DNA of 64,000 bases. Source: Candidatus Magasanikiibacteriota bacterium (lineage in GTDB: Bacteria > Patescibacteriota > Patescibacteriia > Magasanikbacterales > UBA922). Under the pieces are notes generated by a model, which saw nothing but the letters and a program-made list of their open reading frames with translations, was not told the DNA's origin and made no database searches. The stretch is from NCBI GenBank assembly GCA_003482855.1, contig DMXO01000005.1, positions 10,736-74,735 of the forward strand. The letters are read 5' to 3'. Both the position numbers and the translations under genes were made by a program. Below are positions 9,273 to 19,898 of the stretch, piece by piece (the stretch's first letter is position 1; every line of letters starts with the position of its first letter).

Positions 9273-9935
9273 ATGCTCTCTCTTTGGTTTTATAGTTTAT
9301 TTTTTCGTGAAATCACAATTGGTACATGGCAGAAAATGCCAGAAAATTTAGCTAATTTGAGCGAAAAAATAATAAAAAATGAATCGGTTCAAGGTAAAGT
9401 TTTTCGTCCTACTCCGCAAAAGAGTTGGTTTATAACTATCCTAACTACTGTAATTTTTGTTGGGTTTTTTGTCTGGCTATTTGTGCTAGGTGGTGGAATT
9501 GGTTTTTTTTATTATATTTGGTCAAAAATGCAATGGTTCTTGGTATTAATATTATTTTTTGCAATTTATTTTTTTTATTACTCTTTACTTAGTAATTGGT
9601 TTTTCCCTAGTTGGTTGAAGAAGAAACATAATCATTATTTTATATATATCGGTCCAGAGGGAATTTTGAGAAAAGATTATTTTCGTGCTTGTTTTATACC
9701 ATGGTCAATAGTCAGTGGAGCTACGGTGAGACATGGTTATTGGGGAGAGGATGGTTCTAGCCTGTCACTAGACTTATTTATTAAAGATCATAAAGTCTGG
9801 AATCCAATGTTGGTAAATGCTTATGCATATGGTTCATTTTGGTATGGACTGGTCACGTATGATATAGGAGATATGCGTTTGATTGCAAATACTATACATA
9901 ATTATGCTAAACAAATTGGTTATCAAATAAATTAA
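9273..9935 (+). CDS. Hypothetical aromatic-rich integral membrane protein
   Basis: 220 aa, ~4 TM segments rich in F/W/Y; no family recognised. Confidence 0.5.
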   Translation: MLSLWFYSLFFREITIGTWQKMPENLANLSEKIIKNESVQGKVFRPTPQKSWFITILTTVIFVGFFVWLFVLGGGIGFFYYIWSKMQWFLVLILFFAIYFFYYSLLSNWFFPSWLKKKHNHYFIYIGPEGILRKDYFRACFIPWSIVSGATVRHGYWGEDGSSLSLDLFIKDHKVWNPMLVNAYAYGSFWYGLVTYDIGDMRLIANTIHNYAKQIGYQIN

Positions 9936-9940
9936 ATACT

Positions 9941-11236
9941 ATGCATATATTAATCAAAAATATTTCACACTATGTTGGCCAAGAAATAACTTTGAAAGGT
10001 TGGCTCTATAACAAACGTTCTTCTGGCAAGATCGCATTTTTGGAAGTGCGCGATGGGACTGGTTTTATTCAGACTGTCGCGGTCAAAGATAACGTAAGCG
10101 AACAAATCTGGCAGGATATTGAAAAGACAACACAAGAATCTTCGCTCGAAGTTACGGGCATTGTTTCCAAACATCCCAAAAAAGAAAACGTATACGAGTT
10201 ACAAATTACTAGTTACGAGTTACTACAGCAAGCAGTTGATTACCCAATAGCACTCAAAGATCACGGTCCTGAATTTCTTATGGATAATAGACATTTATGG
10301 CTTAGATCAAAACGACAATGGGCTATTTTGCGCATTCGTGACATGGTAGAGATGGCTATCAATGAATATCTACATACAGAGAATTTTATTCGAACCGATT
10401 CTCCTATTTTTACACCAAACGCGTGTGAAGGTACTACTACATTATTTCCAGTTCCTTATTTTGATTTAGGCGAAGCATATCTTTCCCAATCAGGGCAATT
10501 ATATATTGAAGCAGCTATTGCCTCAGTCGGTCGATGCTATGATTTTGGGCCAGTGTTTCGCGCGGAGAAATCAATGACCAAACGACATCTGACTGAATTT
10601 TGGATGATGGATGCCGAGGGTGCATTTGTTGGGCATGACGAGAACTTGCGCATCCAAGAAGGATTGGTGAAGGCAATTATAAAGAAGTGTCTTGAGAATT
10701 GTACGCAAGAATTTGAAATTCTTGAACGCAATCCAGAACCATTAAAAAAAGTTTTGGAAAAATCATTTACCCGTTATACCTATGAAGATGCTATCAAGAA
10801 GTTGCATGAGCTTGGCAGTGACATCCAGTATGGCGAAGATCTGGGGAATGATGATGAAGGACTTCTGACCAAAGATAGTGATGTGCCAGTGTTTATCGAA
10901 AAATGGCCAAAGAGTATCAAACCATTTTATATGAAAATCGATGCGACAAATCCAGACCGAGTTTTGAATGATGATCTCATAGCAATAGAAAATGGTGGAG
11001 AGATAATTGGTGGTTCACAACGTGAAGATAATTTTGATTTACTATTGGAACGTATACGCGAAGAAAAACTTCCAGAAAAAGATTATGAGTGGTATACAGA
11101 TTTACGTAAATATGGGAGTGTTCCCCATTCGGGATTTGGTATTGGTGTCGAGCGCATGGTGCGATGGATTTCCCAGGCAGAGCATATTCGCGAGTGTATC
11201 CCATTCCCTAGGTTAGTGAATAGATTGAAGCCGTAG
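9941..11236 (+). CDS. asnS: Asparaginyl-tRNA synthetase
   Basis: Class IIb aaRS of 431 aa. Motif 2 region FGPVFRAEKSMTKRHLTEFWMMDAE matches AsnRS (FRAE) rather than AspRS. Confidence 0.85.
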   Translation: MHILIKNISHYVGQEITLKGWLYNKRSSGKIAFLEVRDGTGFIQTVAVKDNVSEQIWQDIEKTTQESSLEVTGIVSKHPKKENVYELQITSYELLQQAVDYPIALKDHGPEFLMDNRHLWLRSKRQWAILRIRDMVEMAINEYLHTENFIRTDSPIFTPNACEGTTTLFPVPYFDLGEAYLSQSGQLYIEAAIASVGRCYDFGPVFRAEKSMTKRHLTEFWMMDAEGAFVGHDENLRIQEGLVKAIIKKCLENCTQEFEILERNPEPLKKVLEKSFTRYTYEDAIKKLHELGSDIQYGEDLGNDDEGLLTKDSDVPVFIEKWPKSIKPFYMKIDATNPDRVLNDDLIAIENGGEIIGGSQREDNFDLLLERIREEKLPEKDYEWYTDLRKYGSVPHSGFGIGVERMVRWISQAEHIRECIPFPRLVNRLKP

Positions 11237-11306
11237 TTTATAAGCAGAGTAAGCAAAAATGTAGGCTTAATCTGCCTAATTTGCTTATTCTGCTTATAGC
11301 TTTGTT

Positions 11307-12410
11307 ATGTCCAAAAATAGAAACAAAAAATCGTCATATCATGGTTTACCAGAAGCTTTCTTAGAGAGGCTGTCATCTATTGTCGGTCTTTCTTATGTTG
11401 AACAAATCAAAAAAGCATTTGTTGAGCGTCCAACGACGTTTCGGGTAAACACACTCAAAGCACTGAAGCACGAGATCACTGAAGTACTCATACAAAATGG
11501 TTTTAAAATAAGACAAGTCCTATGGTATAAAGACGCTTTTATTTTGTTAAACAAAACAAAAAGAGAATTGACCGATTTAGATATATATAATGAAGGAAAG
11601 ATATATATACAGAGTTTGGCCAGTATGATTCCTCCGCTCGTGTTGGATCCACAACCAGGGGAAAAGATATTGGATCTGACTGCAGCCCCAGGAAGCAAGA
11701 CTTCGCAAATTGCAGCTCTGATGAAAAAAGAGGGAGAACTCGTAGCAAACGATAAAAATAAAATACGGTTTTTTAAGTTGAAGCATAATTTGGAGGGGTT
11801 AGGAATCCTGAATCCCGAGGAACGAGAGGTGAAGGATCTTTCGGAGGAAATGTCTGTTGACAAAACATTGAACATTTTGGAAGAGACAGACAGCGATAAG
11901 AAAGATTCCTCGTCACCCTCGAGGATTCCTCGGAATGACAATTTTTGTACTCTCCGCATGGAAGATGGTTATCATCTATGCAAGGAATATCCGGAGTATT
12001 TTGACAAGATTCTGCTTGATGCGCCGTGCAGTGCTGAGACGCGTTTTGTGGAGTCAGATATAAAGACCTATGGCTATTGGAAAGAGCAAAAAATAAAAGA
12101 AATGGCGTTTACTCAGCGTGGTCTATTATTTGCCGCGTGGAGCGCACTTAAACCTGGTGGAACGCTTGTGTACTCTACGTGTACTTTTGCACCAGAGGAA
12201 AATGAATTGCAGATTACGAGATTTTTGGAAAAGATTACTAATGTTGAAATACTCAACATTAATGGTGTAGACATTAAGAAATTATCTATAGTAAAAGAGT
12301 GGAAGGGGAGGGTCATCGATAAAGAAGTTCAAAAAAAAGCGCTTCGCATCATGCCGGACAAAGAAATTGAAGGTTTTTTTGTGATTAAAATGAGAAAATT
12401 GGTTGTCTAA
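11307..12410 (+). CDS. 16S rRNA m5C methyltransferase, RsmB/RsmF (NOL1/NOP2/Sun) family
   Basis: SAM motif LDLTAAPGSKT and catalytic LLDAPCSAE; 367 aa with a low-complexity insert. Confidence 0.8.
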   Translation: MSKNRNKKSSYHGLPEAFLERLSSIVGLSYVEQIKKAFVERPTTFRVNTLKALKHEITEVLIQNGFKIRQVLWYKDAFILLNKTKRELTDLDIYNEGKIYIQSLASMIPPLVLDPQPGEKILDLTAAPGSKTSQIAALMKKEGELVANDKNKIRFFKLKHNLEGLGILNPEEREVKDLSEEMSVDKTLNILEETDSDKKDSSSPSRIPRNDNFCTLRMEDGYHLCKEYPEYFDKILLDAPCSAETRFVESDIKTYGYWKEQKIKEMAFTQRGLLFAAWSALKPGGTLVYSTCTFAPEENELQITRFLEKITNVEILNINGVDIKKLSIVKEWKGRVIDKEVQKKALRIMPDKEIEGFFVIKMRKLVV

Positions 12411-12427
12411 AAAATAATTATAAATTA

Positions 12428-12458
12428 AAACACGCTGGAAAACGGCGTGTTTGTTGTT
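12428..12458 (+). terminator. Rho-independent terminator after the rsmB-like gene
   Basis: 8-bp stem AAACACGC/GCGTGTTT followed by TTGTTGTT. Confidence 0.65.
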
Positions 12459-12683
12459 AACCAGGACTTGCACACTATCATCCAGACCGGCCAGAACCCC
12501 CAGATGAAATTACTACATATTATCTACACATCGTGTTTACGTAACTGGCAAGATACAAACTAATCAGTGCCGGTGGTTTTGCTTGTGAGTAAGTATTGGG
12601 GATAAGGAGAAAATATGATACACTATATATGTAATATGTGATATACTACATTTACATATTCAAAACGGCTAACATTATTTTTC

Positions 12684-15600
12684 ATGAGTCGTTTTATTTC
12701 AGGTTATATAGCGCGCATGAGACATTCTGTCTCATTGAGAGCGCCCAAATTTGGGAGCCGATGGACACATCGAGTATTTTTTGTTGCTGTAGTTGTGTTC
12801 GGTGTCCTTGCTGTAGGGCAGGTAGTAGGTGCTCTTGATATAGTAGGTGGCCTTATCAGCGCAGTATCATGGATCATGCTTACCGTAGCCCAGATTTGTA
12901 TTGCACTTACTATATTTTTTCTTAGATTTTTTATTACACTTGCAAGCTACAACAACTATATAGATGTGAGTGTGGTGAAACTTGGTTGGGCCATGGTGCG
13001 TGATGTGGCAAATATGTTTTTTGTGGTGGCGCTTCTGATTATCGCGTTTGCTACTATCCTCGGACTTGAACAATATGAATGGAAAAAGGGCTTAGTCAAG
13101 CTTGTGATCATGGCTATTTTCATCAATTTTAGTAATCTCATTGCTCAACTTATTATTGATGCCGCGCATGTATTTACCATTACATTTCTCAATGCAATAT
13201 CAGCAACTGCCGGTGGCAACCTGATCAACATGTTTAAGCTTGACACGATTGTGACCATGGTAAGTGGCAAAGATCTAGGTGTGACTCCAGAATCAGCACA
13301 AACTGCCATACTCGGCGCTTCGGTTGTCGCGACATTGTTTGCCATTCTCTCAGCGGTTGCGCTTGGCTCGTATGTGATTGTCATGGCGATCCGTGTCGTG
13401 GTATTGTGGGCACTTATTATACTTTCTCCTCTTGCGTATGTGCTGTATGCAGTACCAAAGGGTGAAAAGTACGCTCAGCAGTGGTGGAGCGAATTTACCA
13501 AGCATGTTGTTGTCGCGCCGGTTATGGTTTTCTTTTTGTGGCTTGCGTTTGCCACACTTGGCTCAGGACAAATCTTGAATGAGATTGTAGGACCAGGAGT
13601 GGTGCCTCTCCAGGTGGGTGAAGAAGTACAGTCAGTGTCCCTATCAAATGTATCTTCATGGGAAAACATGGCAAATTATCTTATCGCGCTTGTATTTCTC
13701 ATGATTGGTCTCAAGATGACTCAGGAGAGTGGTGCCCAAGGTGCTGGACTTGTTGGTGGCGCAGTAAACTTTGGCAAGAAAGTGGCAACTATTGCAACGG
13801 GCTATGCTGCAGGTAGGTGGCTTGTAGGTGGAGCTGCAAAAGTTGCGGGTGGTGTTGCAAAAGGCGCCCTTTGGTATGCACCTGCTATTGGTGGAGAGAA
13901 ATGGGCTACAAGAGGCAAAATTATTGGCAATGCAGTGAAAGGTTGGTATAGAGGCAAAGGATATGAGACAACTGATGAAGGTGAACATATACGCCAAGAG
14001 ATAGAAGAAAAGCGTGAATTATTGGATAATGCCAATAGCCCAGAGCGACGGGCTGCGATTGCAAAACAAATAGAACAATTGAAAAAAGAAGAGACATCAA
14101 TAGGGGAGAAGAAAGCCGATGGTTCAGAAGGTGCATATAAAAGTGAGGCAGAAAAGAAGGCGGCGCTCGAATCAAAGCAAGCAGAAATACAGAGAAACGA
14201 AAAAATGCTTGAACAATCTCAAGGTATGACTGAGACCCAGAGAGCAGGTCTCAAGGAAGAAATAGAAGGACTTGAAAAAGAAATGCCTAAGCATATGGGT
14301 GGTGGTATGTTTGGTTATTTTGCACGCAAAGATATTCAATTACAAAAACAATTGGCAAAAACAGAAAAACAACAAGATTTTAGAAAACAAATTCTGTGGA
14401 AACGTGTAGGCTCTGAAGCAGGTGGCAATGTCATGGGTTTGAGTATTGGTATGGGAGGCAGAGGCCTTGGTTTTGGCAAGACAGGTAAGTACAGAATTTT
14501 TGGTGATAAATATAAGCAAGAAGTCAGAGAATGGGCAAAAGATGCAGAAGGTAAAGATATTGTGGGGCAACAAGCTGTGTATTTGGAGGGTTCAAAAAAA
14601 GGACAGAAAAAATGGAAACAAAAATATGCAGGCAGTGATGCCCAAGATCGTGTAGAGCGTGGGTGGTTTCAAGCAGAAGAAGAACGTTCAAAATCGAAAG
14701 ATTCTGAATATGAAACTCTAGGTAAATTGGAAGTGTTGAAAAAATCACGTCTCAAATATGATGTCGAGAGCGGAAAATTTGCTTATGAGACTGCGAAGGG
14801 TACTATGGACCAGCGTATCGCAAGTCATACTATAGCAGGAGAAGTGCATCATGCAGCCATAGAGAAGCTCGAAGCAGAGGGGCGTCTCAATCTCATGCTC
14901 GGCAAAGTGAGTCTCAAAGCTTTTACAGTCAAAGGTGTCAATGATTTGTTTGAAAAGCAGTCTATGGCAAAAGTGTACAAAGATGCGCTTGCTTCTGTGG
15001 AAGATACCAAGCTCAATGATAAACTGTCTGAAAAAATGAAATATGGGACTGGGCTGGACAAGATAGCATCACTCGTAGAGTCAGGTATGTTTGGTACGCC
15101 TGAAGAAATAGGAGCCATAGAAAAAGCCCAAAAAGAATTAGATGCTATAAAAAAAGAAAGAGAAGTAGCAAGAAAGGATGTGGTAGAAACAAACACAAGT
15201 TTGGCCGCTTTGGTAAAGAAAGAACAAGATGGTGCTGAGGTTAGCGAAGATGACAAAAAAGATTTGGTATCAGCTCGCGCCACACTTGAAGATATAGAAG
15301 AAGAGGAAAATAGAGGTGATTTAACTGACGAAAGAAGAAAAGAACTTGATGAACTCAAAGCGTATGCGCAGGAAGAAATTGCAAGTATAGAAGCGCGGCA
15401 GGATATGGCAGGATCTTTGACTTCGGAAGAAGCAATAGAAAAAGCTAAATTGGAAAGGGAAAAGACAGAGAAAGAAGAAAAAATGATTGCTTTGCTCAAA
15501 AAAGAAACAGAAGTAAAAAATCGTTTGAAAACAGCGCGTGGAGTTTTTGGACAACATGCAGAACGATTGCGTGATGGTGATGAGACAATTCTTGATCAAT

Positions 15601-17447
15601 ATCAACAACAGCTTGGTGTACTTGCGTCTGGGGAAGATGCTAAGGCAGCTGCTCTTGAACAAGAAGCAGCAACAGAAAGAGATGCAGAAAAAAAGGCAGA
15701 TAAACAAAGAGAAGCTCAAGGACATAGAGCCAAAGCAGCAGACTATAGAACTACGCATGGAATTTTTGAGAAGCAGAGATCTACTCTTGGACAAGGTGGT
15801 GTTGCTTGGCAGTATGGCCTTGCCAAGGCAAAACAAGCTGAACAAAAAAGATCTCATGATTATGAACACAATTTACTCTTGTCTGATTCAGAGCAGCGCT
15901 CTATTTGGGATAAACGTGGTATCAATACGCCAACAAATGCCATGCGTGAAATGATTGAACAAATGGAAAAAGATTTTTCTCAGATGTCGTACGAGACGTT
16001 TGTCGAAAGTTCTGGCAAAATGTTTATTGAGATGGCTGAGAAGTCTGCCAAAGGTACGATTACTAATGCTGATAGAGCCGCACTCGCAGGATTTTTCAAG
16101 CGTGGGTTCAATGAATCATGGGTTGATGATGTCATCATTGGTGTGATGACCAATGAAGAATCGCGCGCTGCTATTGGTTCACAATTAGGATGGCGTGACG
16201 CAGGATTTTCTCCAGACAAAATTCGTGATCTTGAGATGTTTATTGCATCAGGTGGAAACACCAAATTTGCAAAAAATAATGTTGTTATATCTGAGATAGT
16301 AGATGAAGCAATGAATGGTGACAAAGAATATAGGATGAGTGTTGCTCAGGTATATGAGGGTCTTAATACAGGTGTTTTCAAAAAAGAGGATGGCACCAGC
16401 TTTAGTCCTGAAGCCATACAAAAATTGAAAGCAGCCACACGGAAACGTCTCACTGAAGAGAATCGCGTGTTGACTACATACCAACAAGATTTATTTGACA
16501 AATTTTTAGCAACCGAAGCCAAACAGATTGAAGGGTCTGCACAACAGCGAGGTGAGGTTATGAAGCATTATCTCGATACTCTAGAAGAAAGTCAGGGATC
16601 AATGGAGTGGTTTGGCAACTTGCGTAATGAGGCTATTCGCAATGGGCATGGTGAAAATGCTGGTTGGGCTTTGTCGCACGACGTAGGCGGTGGCAAATCT
16701 ATGTATATTGCTTCAGGTGTGCGCATGGCACGTGATCATGTATATTTTGACTTGAACAAGACTGATCAATATATGCGTTCAAAAGCGCACCCACATTCAG
16801 ACGTGAACTTGGCTATTGGTGGCGAAGGTGAAGATTACGGACAGATTTCAACAGAGATTCGAGATTATGATTACAAAACCATGCGTGGCGATATTGTGGA
16901 CGCCAATGGTCATCGTGGTACAACTGCGCGTACGATACAGTTCCACATGGGGTTGTCATCTGCAGACAAGACTGCTGATCAAAAAGATTCTAATGGATTT
17001 TTTGCTGTTGGTAAAGCAAAGAGTACGCGTGCTGTATGGAGAAAGAATCAGGCGCTCGCATTTAAGCTTGCAAAAGAAAAGAGACTTAAATTATCCAATG
17101 GCGTTACGGTAAATGAAGCTGATGAAAATAAACGAGAAGAAGCTCTTGCTGCTATGATGGTCATGAAAAACATCATGGTTCCGCAGATGCGCGCAAACAT
17201 GAATGACTTCCTCATGACTGCGGCCGTTGCTTCTGGTATGAGCGCATATGATGGAGTCAAGGGTAATATGCGTCTTTCACTGCCTTATTTTGAAAAAGAT
17301 GGAAGCGTACATTATAAATCTTTCTCGAGAGCCCAAGATTTTATAGGTGCCGTAAGGTCAGGTATGTTTGGAGAACATTTTGGTGGTATACCAAATTTCA
17401 AGCCGTCTGATTCAGGCAGACCAGATCAGGATCATACGCCTTCCTAG
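12684..17447 (+). CDS. Giant VirB6/TrbL-like polytopic membrane protein (1587 aa)
   Basis: Residues 1-330 have ~7 TM helices with TrbL/VirB6-like spacing. A Gly-rich linker follows, then a ~500-aa E/K-rich coiled coil (res ~430-1000), then a ~580-aa C-terminal domain. Sits in a locus with VirB3- and VirB4-like genes. Confidence 0.6.
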   Translation: MSRFISGYIARMRHSVSLRAPKFGSRWTHRVFFVAVVVFGVLAVGQVVGALDIVGGLISAVSWIMLTVAQICIALTIFFLRFFITLASYNNYIDVSVVKLGWAMVRDVANMFFVVALLIIAFATILGLEQYEWKKGLVKLVIMAIFINFSNLIAQLIIDAAHVFTITFLNAISATAGGNLINMFKLDTIVTMVSGKDLGVTPESAQTAILGASVVATLFAILSAVALGSYVIVMAIRVVVLWALIILSPLAYVLYAVPKGEKYAQQWWSEFTKHVVVAPVMVFFLWLAFATLGSGQILNEIVGPGVVPLQVGEEVQSVSLSNVSSWENMANYLIALVFLMIGLKMTQESGAQGAGLVGGAVNFGKKVATIATGYAAGRWLVGGAAKVAGGVAKGALWYAPAIGGEKWATRGKIIGNAVKGWYRGKGYETTDEGEHIRQEIEEKRELLDNANSPERRAAIAKQIEQLKKEETSIGEKKADGSEGAYKSEAEKKAALESKQAEIQRNEKMLEQSQGMTETQRAGLKEEIEGLEKEMPKHMGGGMFGYFARKDIQLQKQLAKTEKQQDFRKQILWKRVGSEAGGNVMGLSIGMGGRGLGFGKTGKYRIFGDKYKQEVREWAKDAEGKDIVGQQAVYLEGSKKGQKKWKQKYAGSDAQDRVERGWFQAEEERSKSKDSEYETLGKLEVLKKSRLKYDVESGKFAYETAKGTMDQRIASHTIAGEVHHAAIEKLEAEGRLNLMLGKVSLKAFTVKGVNDLFEKQSMAKVYKDALASVEDTKLNDKLSEKMKYGTGLDKIASLVESGMFGTPEEIGAIEKAQKELDAIKKEREVARKDVVETNTSLAALVKKEQDGAEVSEDDKKDLVSARATLEDIEEEENRGDLTDERRKELDELKAYAQEEIASIEARQDMAGSLTSEEAIEKAKLEREKTEKEEKMIALLKKETEVKNRLKTARGVFGQHAERLRDGDETILDQYQQQLGVLASGEDAKAAALEQEAATERDAEKKADKQREAQGHRAKAADYRTTHGIFEKQRSTLGQGGVAWQYGLAKAKQAEQKRSHDYEHNLLLSDSEQRSIWDKRGINTPTNAMREMIEQMEKDFSQMSYETFVESSGKMFIEMAEKSAKGTITNADRAALAGFFKRGFNESWVDDVIIGVMTNEESRAAIGSQLGWRDAGFSPDKIRDLEMFIASGGNTKFAKNNVVISEIVDEAMNGDKEYRMSVAQVYEGLNTGVFKKEDGTSFSPEAIQKLKAATRKRLTEENRVLTTYQQDLFDKFLATEAKQIEGSAQQRGEVMKHYLDTLEESQGSMEWFGNLRNEAIRNGHGENAGWALSHDVGGGKSMYIASGVRMARDHVYFDLNKTDQYMRSKAHPHSDVNLAIGGEGEDYGQISTEIRDYDYKTMRGDIVDANGHRGTTARTIQFHMGLSSADKTADQKDSNGFFAVGKAKSTRAVWRKNQALAFKLAKEKRLKLSNGVTVNEADENKREEALAAMMVMKNIMVPQMRANMNDFLMTAAVASGMSAYDGVKGNMRLSLPYFEKDGSVHYKSFSRAQDFIGAVRSGMFGEHFGGIPNFKPSDSGRPDQDHTPS

Positions 17448-17476
17448 TTTGACTAATTCGGGATAATGATATTTTT

Positions 17477-18649
17477 ATGTTTTCACTTGATTTCATACTT
17501 GCACAATTATATCCCTATAAGAAATTAGAAGATCTCCAAAAAATACTGGATGATGATTTTCGCGACCCTATGTTGTACCCAGAGTATGACACCTGGACAT
17601 GGAAAGAAGTGAAACAAGAGGATCTATCCGCTTTGGAAGTTCAGATACGCCTTATAAAGACTTTGTTTTCCACACAGTATCTGTATGACGGGACAGTTCA
17701 GCTTATCATGGATTCATTTGAGAAATGGAGCAAGAGTGGCACGATTGTATTTGAAGGAGTAACTCCTGATGACCAATTATTTTTGGAACGATATTATTGT
17801 TTTTTGGGATGGCTCCATTTTGCCCATATTACGTATGCACGCAAATTATATTTGCTTGAGTCACGCTTTTTGCCGTTGGCTATTGTGTGGGATATTCCCG
17901 TATACAGTAACACGCAGGACTACTTTGCTCAGTATATATATGTAGATGGCTTGCGTGAGGACAGTACCGTATTTGCTGATGCTATGGGTCGCAATGAGAC
18001 ACCCTTGGGTTTACCAGAAAAAGGAGCAAAGACGATAGGTGAGTGGATGGTGATATTCGACGAGTTTGAAGGTAGCTCTATACCTACGCGCGTGGATGAG
18101 TTTATGAATGACAAGATGGAAATCCAACGCCTCAACGAAGATGAAAAGAAAATTTTGTACAAAATTATTACTTTGTATTGGGGATTGCGCGGAGGTTTCA
18201 TCTATCGTGAGATAGAAAATGAAGTGCCTGGCTCATATACCGAGAAAGCAAAAAAGGAAAATAAATCAGTTGATGATTATTATCTTGAGGCATTATACGA
18301 GGCTACGAGAGAGCAATTCAAACAATGGCTTACGACATGTGGCGAGGCGGCGTATTGGATGTATCTGACCAAAAAAGATCAAAATTTTATAAAAAAGTTG
18401 ATTTATATTTTGCTCGAAAAAGCAAATTTGGATGATGATGACGAAGCTCAGATGCTCATTGAATTTTTTATGGTTCTTGAAGAATTTGGTTTGACTGGCT
18501 TAGAGGATGTTATTTATTTTGATGAATCAAAAGGAGGTTTTGCATGGGATGAAGATAGACTGGTAGGACTTCAACCAATCATCGGTGGAAGCGAGCCTGA
18601 CACCAAATCAGGAGACAAGAAACCACCAAAAGAATTATTTGCAGGATAG
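17477..18649 (+). CDS. Hypothetical acidic cytoplasmic protein (390 aa) in the T4SS-like locus
   Basis: ORF; no TM; no recognisable family. Confidence 0.5.
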   Translation: MFSLDFILAQLYPYKKLEDLQKILDDDFRDPMLYPEYDTWTWKEVKQEDLSALEVQIRLIKTLFSTQYLYDGTVQLIMDSFEKWSKSGTIVFEGVTPDDQLFLERYYCFLGWLHFAHITYARKLYLLESRFLPLAIVWDIPVYSNTQDYFAQYIYVDGLREDSTVFADAMGRNETPLGLPEKGAKTIGEWMVIFDEFEGSSIPTRVDEFMNDKMEIQRLNEDEKKILYKIITLYWGLRGGFIYREIENEVPGSYTEKAKKENKSVDDYYLEALYEATREQFKQWLTTCGEAAYWMYLTKKDQNFIKKLIYILLEKANLDDDDEAQMLIEFFMVLEEFGLTGLEDVIYFDESKGGFAWDEDRLVGLQPIIGGSEPDTKSGDKKPPKELFAG

Positions 18650-18653
18650 ATAT

Positions 18654-19895
18654 ATGGCAGATGGCACAACACAACCTACCATACTTATAAAAAAGGCCGA
18701 CGGTAGTACGGTTCGTGTTTCGCTTGATGAATTTCGTAAACAAAAAAAGGGGAGTGAAACTTTGTCTACATCATCATCAGACGTACAGGATGTAAAAGGT
18801 ACTTTAGTTACAGATGAATTTCCTCAGATTGAAATAGAAAAAGGAAAAATTATCCCAGATAAACAACCAAAAGACGTACAGGCTCCTAGACCACGCCCTG
18901 TCCCTCTCTATACCATTCAAGATTTGAAAGATACACAATCCAAAGATGTAGAAACTAGACAAGAAGTAAAGAATATTGAGGTTGAAGATAATACACTACA
19001 AGTGGCATCTCCTCATGAACTATCTACGACAGCACCAGTGTCGCGTATATTTGTGGATGAAGCTCAGGCACAGGCCGAAGAACACTTGCCAATGGATTTT
19101 TCTTCCCTTTTGGAAGAAGATATGTCTGAGGTAGATACTCTGAAACAAGAGGGAACTACTCATGAGACTCATGAACAGCTACAGACACAAGTATCTGCGC
19201 CAAGAGTTGGTGTAGTGGATACTCTCGAACCACGTCTCAAATCTCTCATCATTTCATTTGAAAAAGGTGTGAGAGATGAACATCAGTTTGTCGAGTATGC
19301 CATGCGTAGCATTGAACAAGGAGGCCTAGGGATGACAGAGGACATGGCTTATAGGACACTGAGTGAAGTGAAAAAGAGTACGCCACAGATACAGAAACAA
19401 CCTATTATTGCCAAAAAAATGGTGAAGCAAGGTGCGCCTTCCATGGATACATCAAACCATGTAGTTCAACCACCCAAATTGACGCGCGTAGATACGGCTC
19501 TCCCGCCACGCATGGTACATGTATCACCCCCCTCAGTGAGGCACGATATTGTACCGGGCATGGGAGTGCAAAAAGCTATGGGACCTATTGAAGAAATAAA
19601 AGAGTTTACGCTTATTGATCTGCGTCGTCTGTCTCGTGATGCAAACACGGCAGCAGATATGCTCTATGCCAAATTCAATGGATGGAAAGAAGAATCTTTT
19701 CTTCTTTATATGGATGTCCGCAGTGCATGGAGACAAAGTCCTCTCTATAGAGAATATATTTCTATTACGACACGAGCATTGGATACGCATATGCATGTGC
19801 AGGATGTTATTGAGGCACAATCATCGTCATCTGGTGGATTGACATTTAGAGAATACATGGGCCTTGTGTCTTTCAACAAAAAATTGGGAATATAA
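18654..19895 (+). CDS. Hypothetical protein (413 aa), likely largely disordered, in the T4SS-like locus
   Basis: ATG 18654 lies just after the upstream stop; the ORF track's 18585 start overlaps the previous gene. Pro/Gln/Thr-rich. Confidence 0.5.
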   Translation: MADGTTQPTILIKKADGSTVRVSLDEFRKQKKGSETLSTSSSDVQDVKGTLVTDEFPQIEIEKGKIIPDKQPKDVQAPRPRPVPLYTIQDLKDTQSKDVETRQEVKNIEVEDNTLQVASPHELSTTAPVSRIFVDEAQAQAEEHLPMDFSSLLEEDMSEVDTLKQEGTTHETHEQLQTQVSAPRVGVVDTLEPRLKSLIISFEKGVRDEHQFVEYAMRSIEQGGLGMTEDMAYRTLSEVKKSTPQIQKQPIIAKKMVKQGAPSMDTSNHVVQPPKLTRVDTALPPRMVHVSPPSVRHDIVPGMGVQKAMGPIEEIKEFTLIDLRRLSRDANTAADMLYAKFNGWKEESFLLYMDVRSAWRQSPLYREYISITTRALDTHMHVQDVIEAQSSSSGGLTFREYMGLVSFNKKLGI

Positions 19896-19898
19896 TAT

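Noticed and set aside
12616-12838. Small ORFs (8 aa after an AAGGAG RBS; 66-aa ORF 12638-12838) overlapping the start of the giant VirB6-like gene
   Set aside because: Out of frame with, and overlapped by, the 1587-aa ORF. No independent support, though the true start codon of the giant gene remains uncertain.
14849-15869. Minus-strand ORFs 14849-15499 and 15321-15869 (Ser/Leu/Phe-rich) inside the giant VirB6-like gene; similar antisense ORFs inside ftsZ (58442-58918) and the giant adhesin
   Set aside because: Low-complexity antisense artefacts of the E/K-rich coiled-coil and GC-rich codons; no independent signals.
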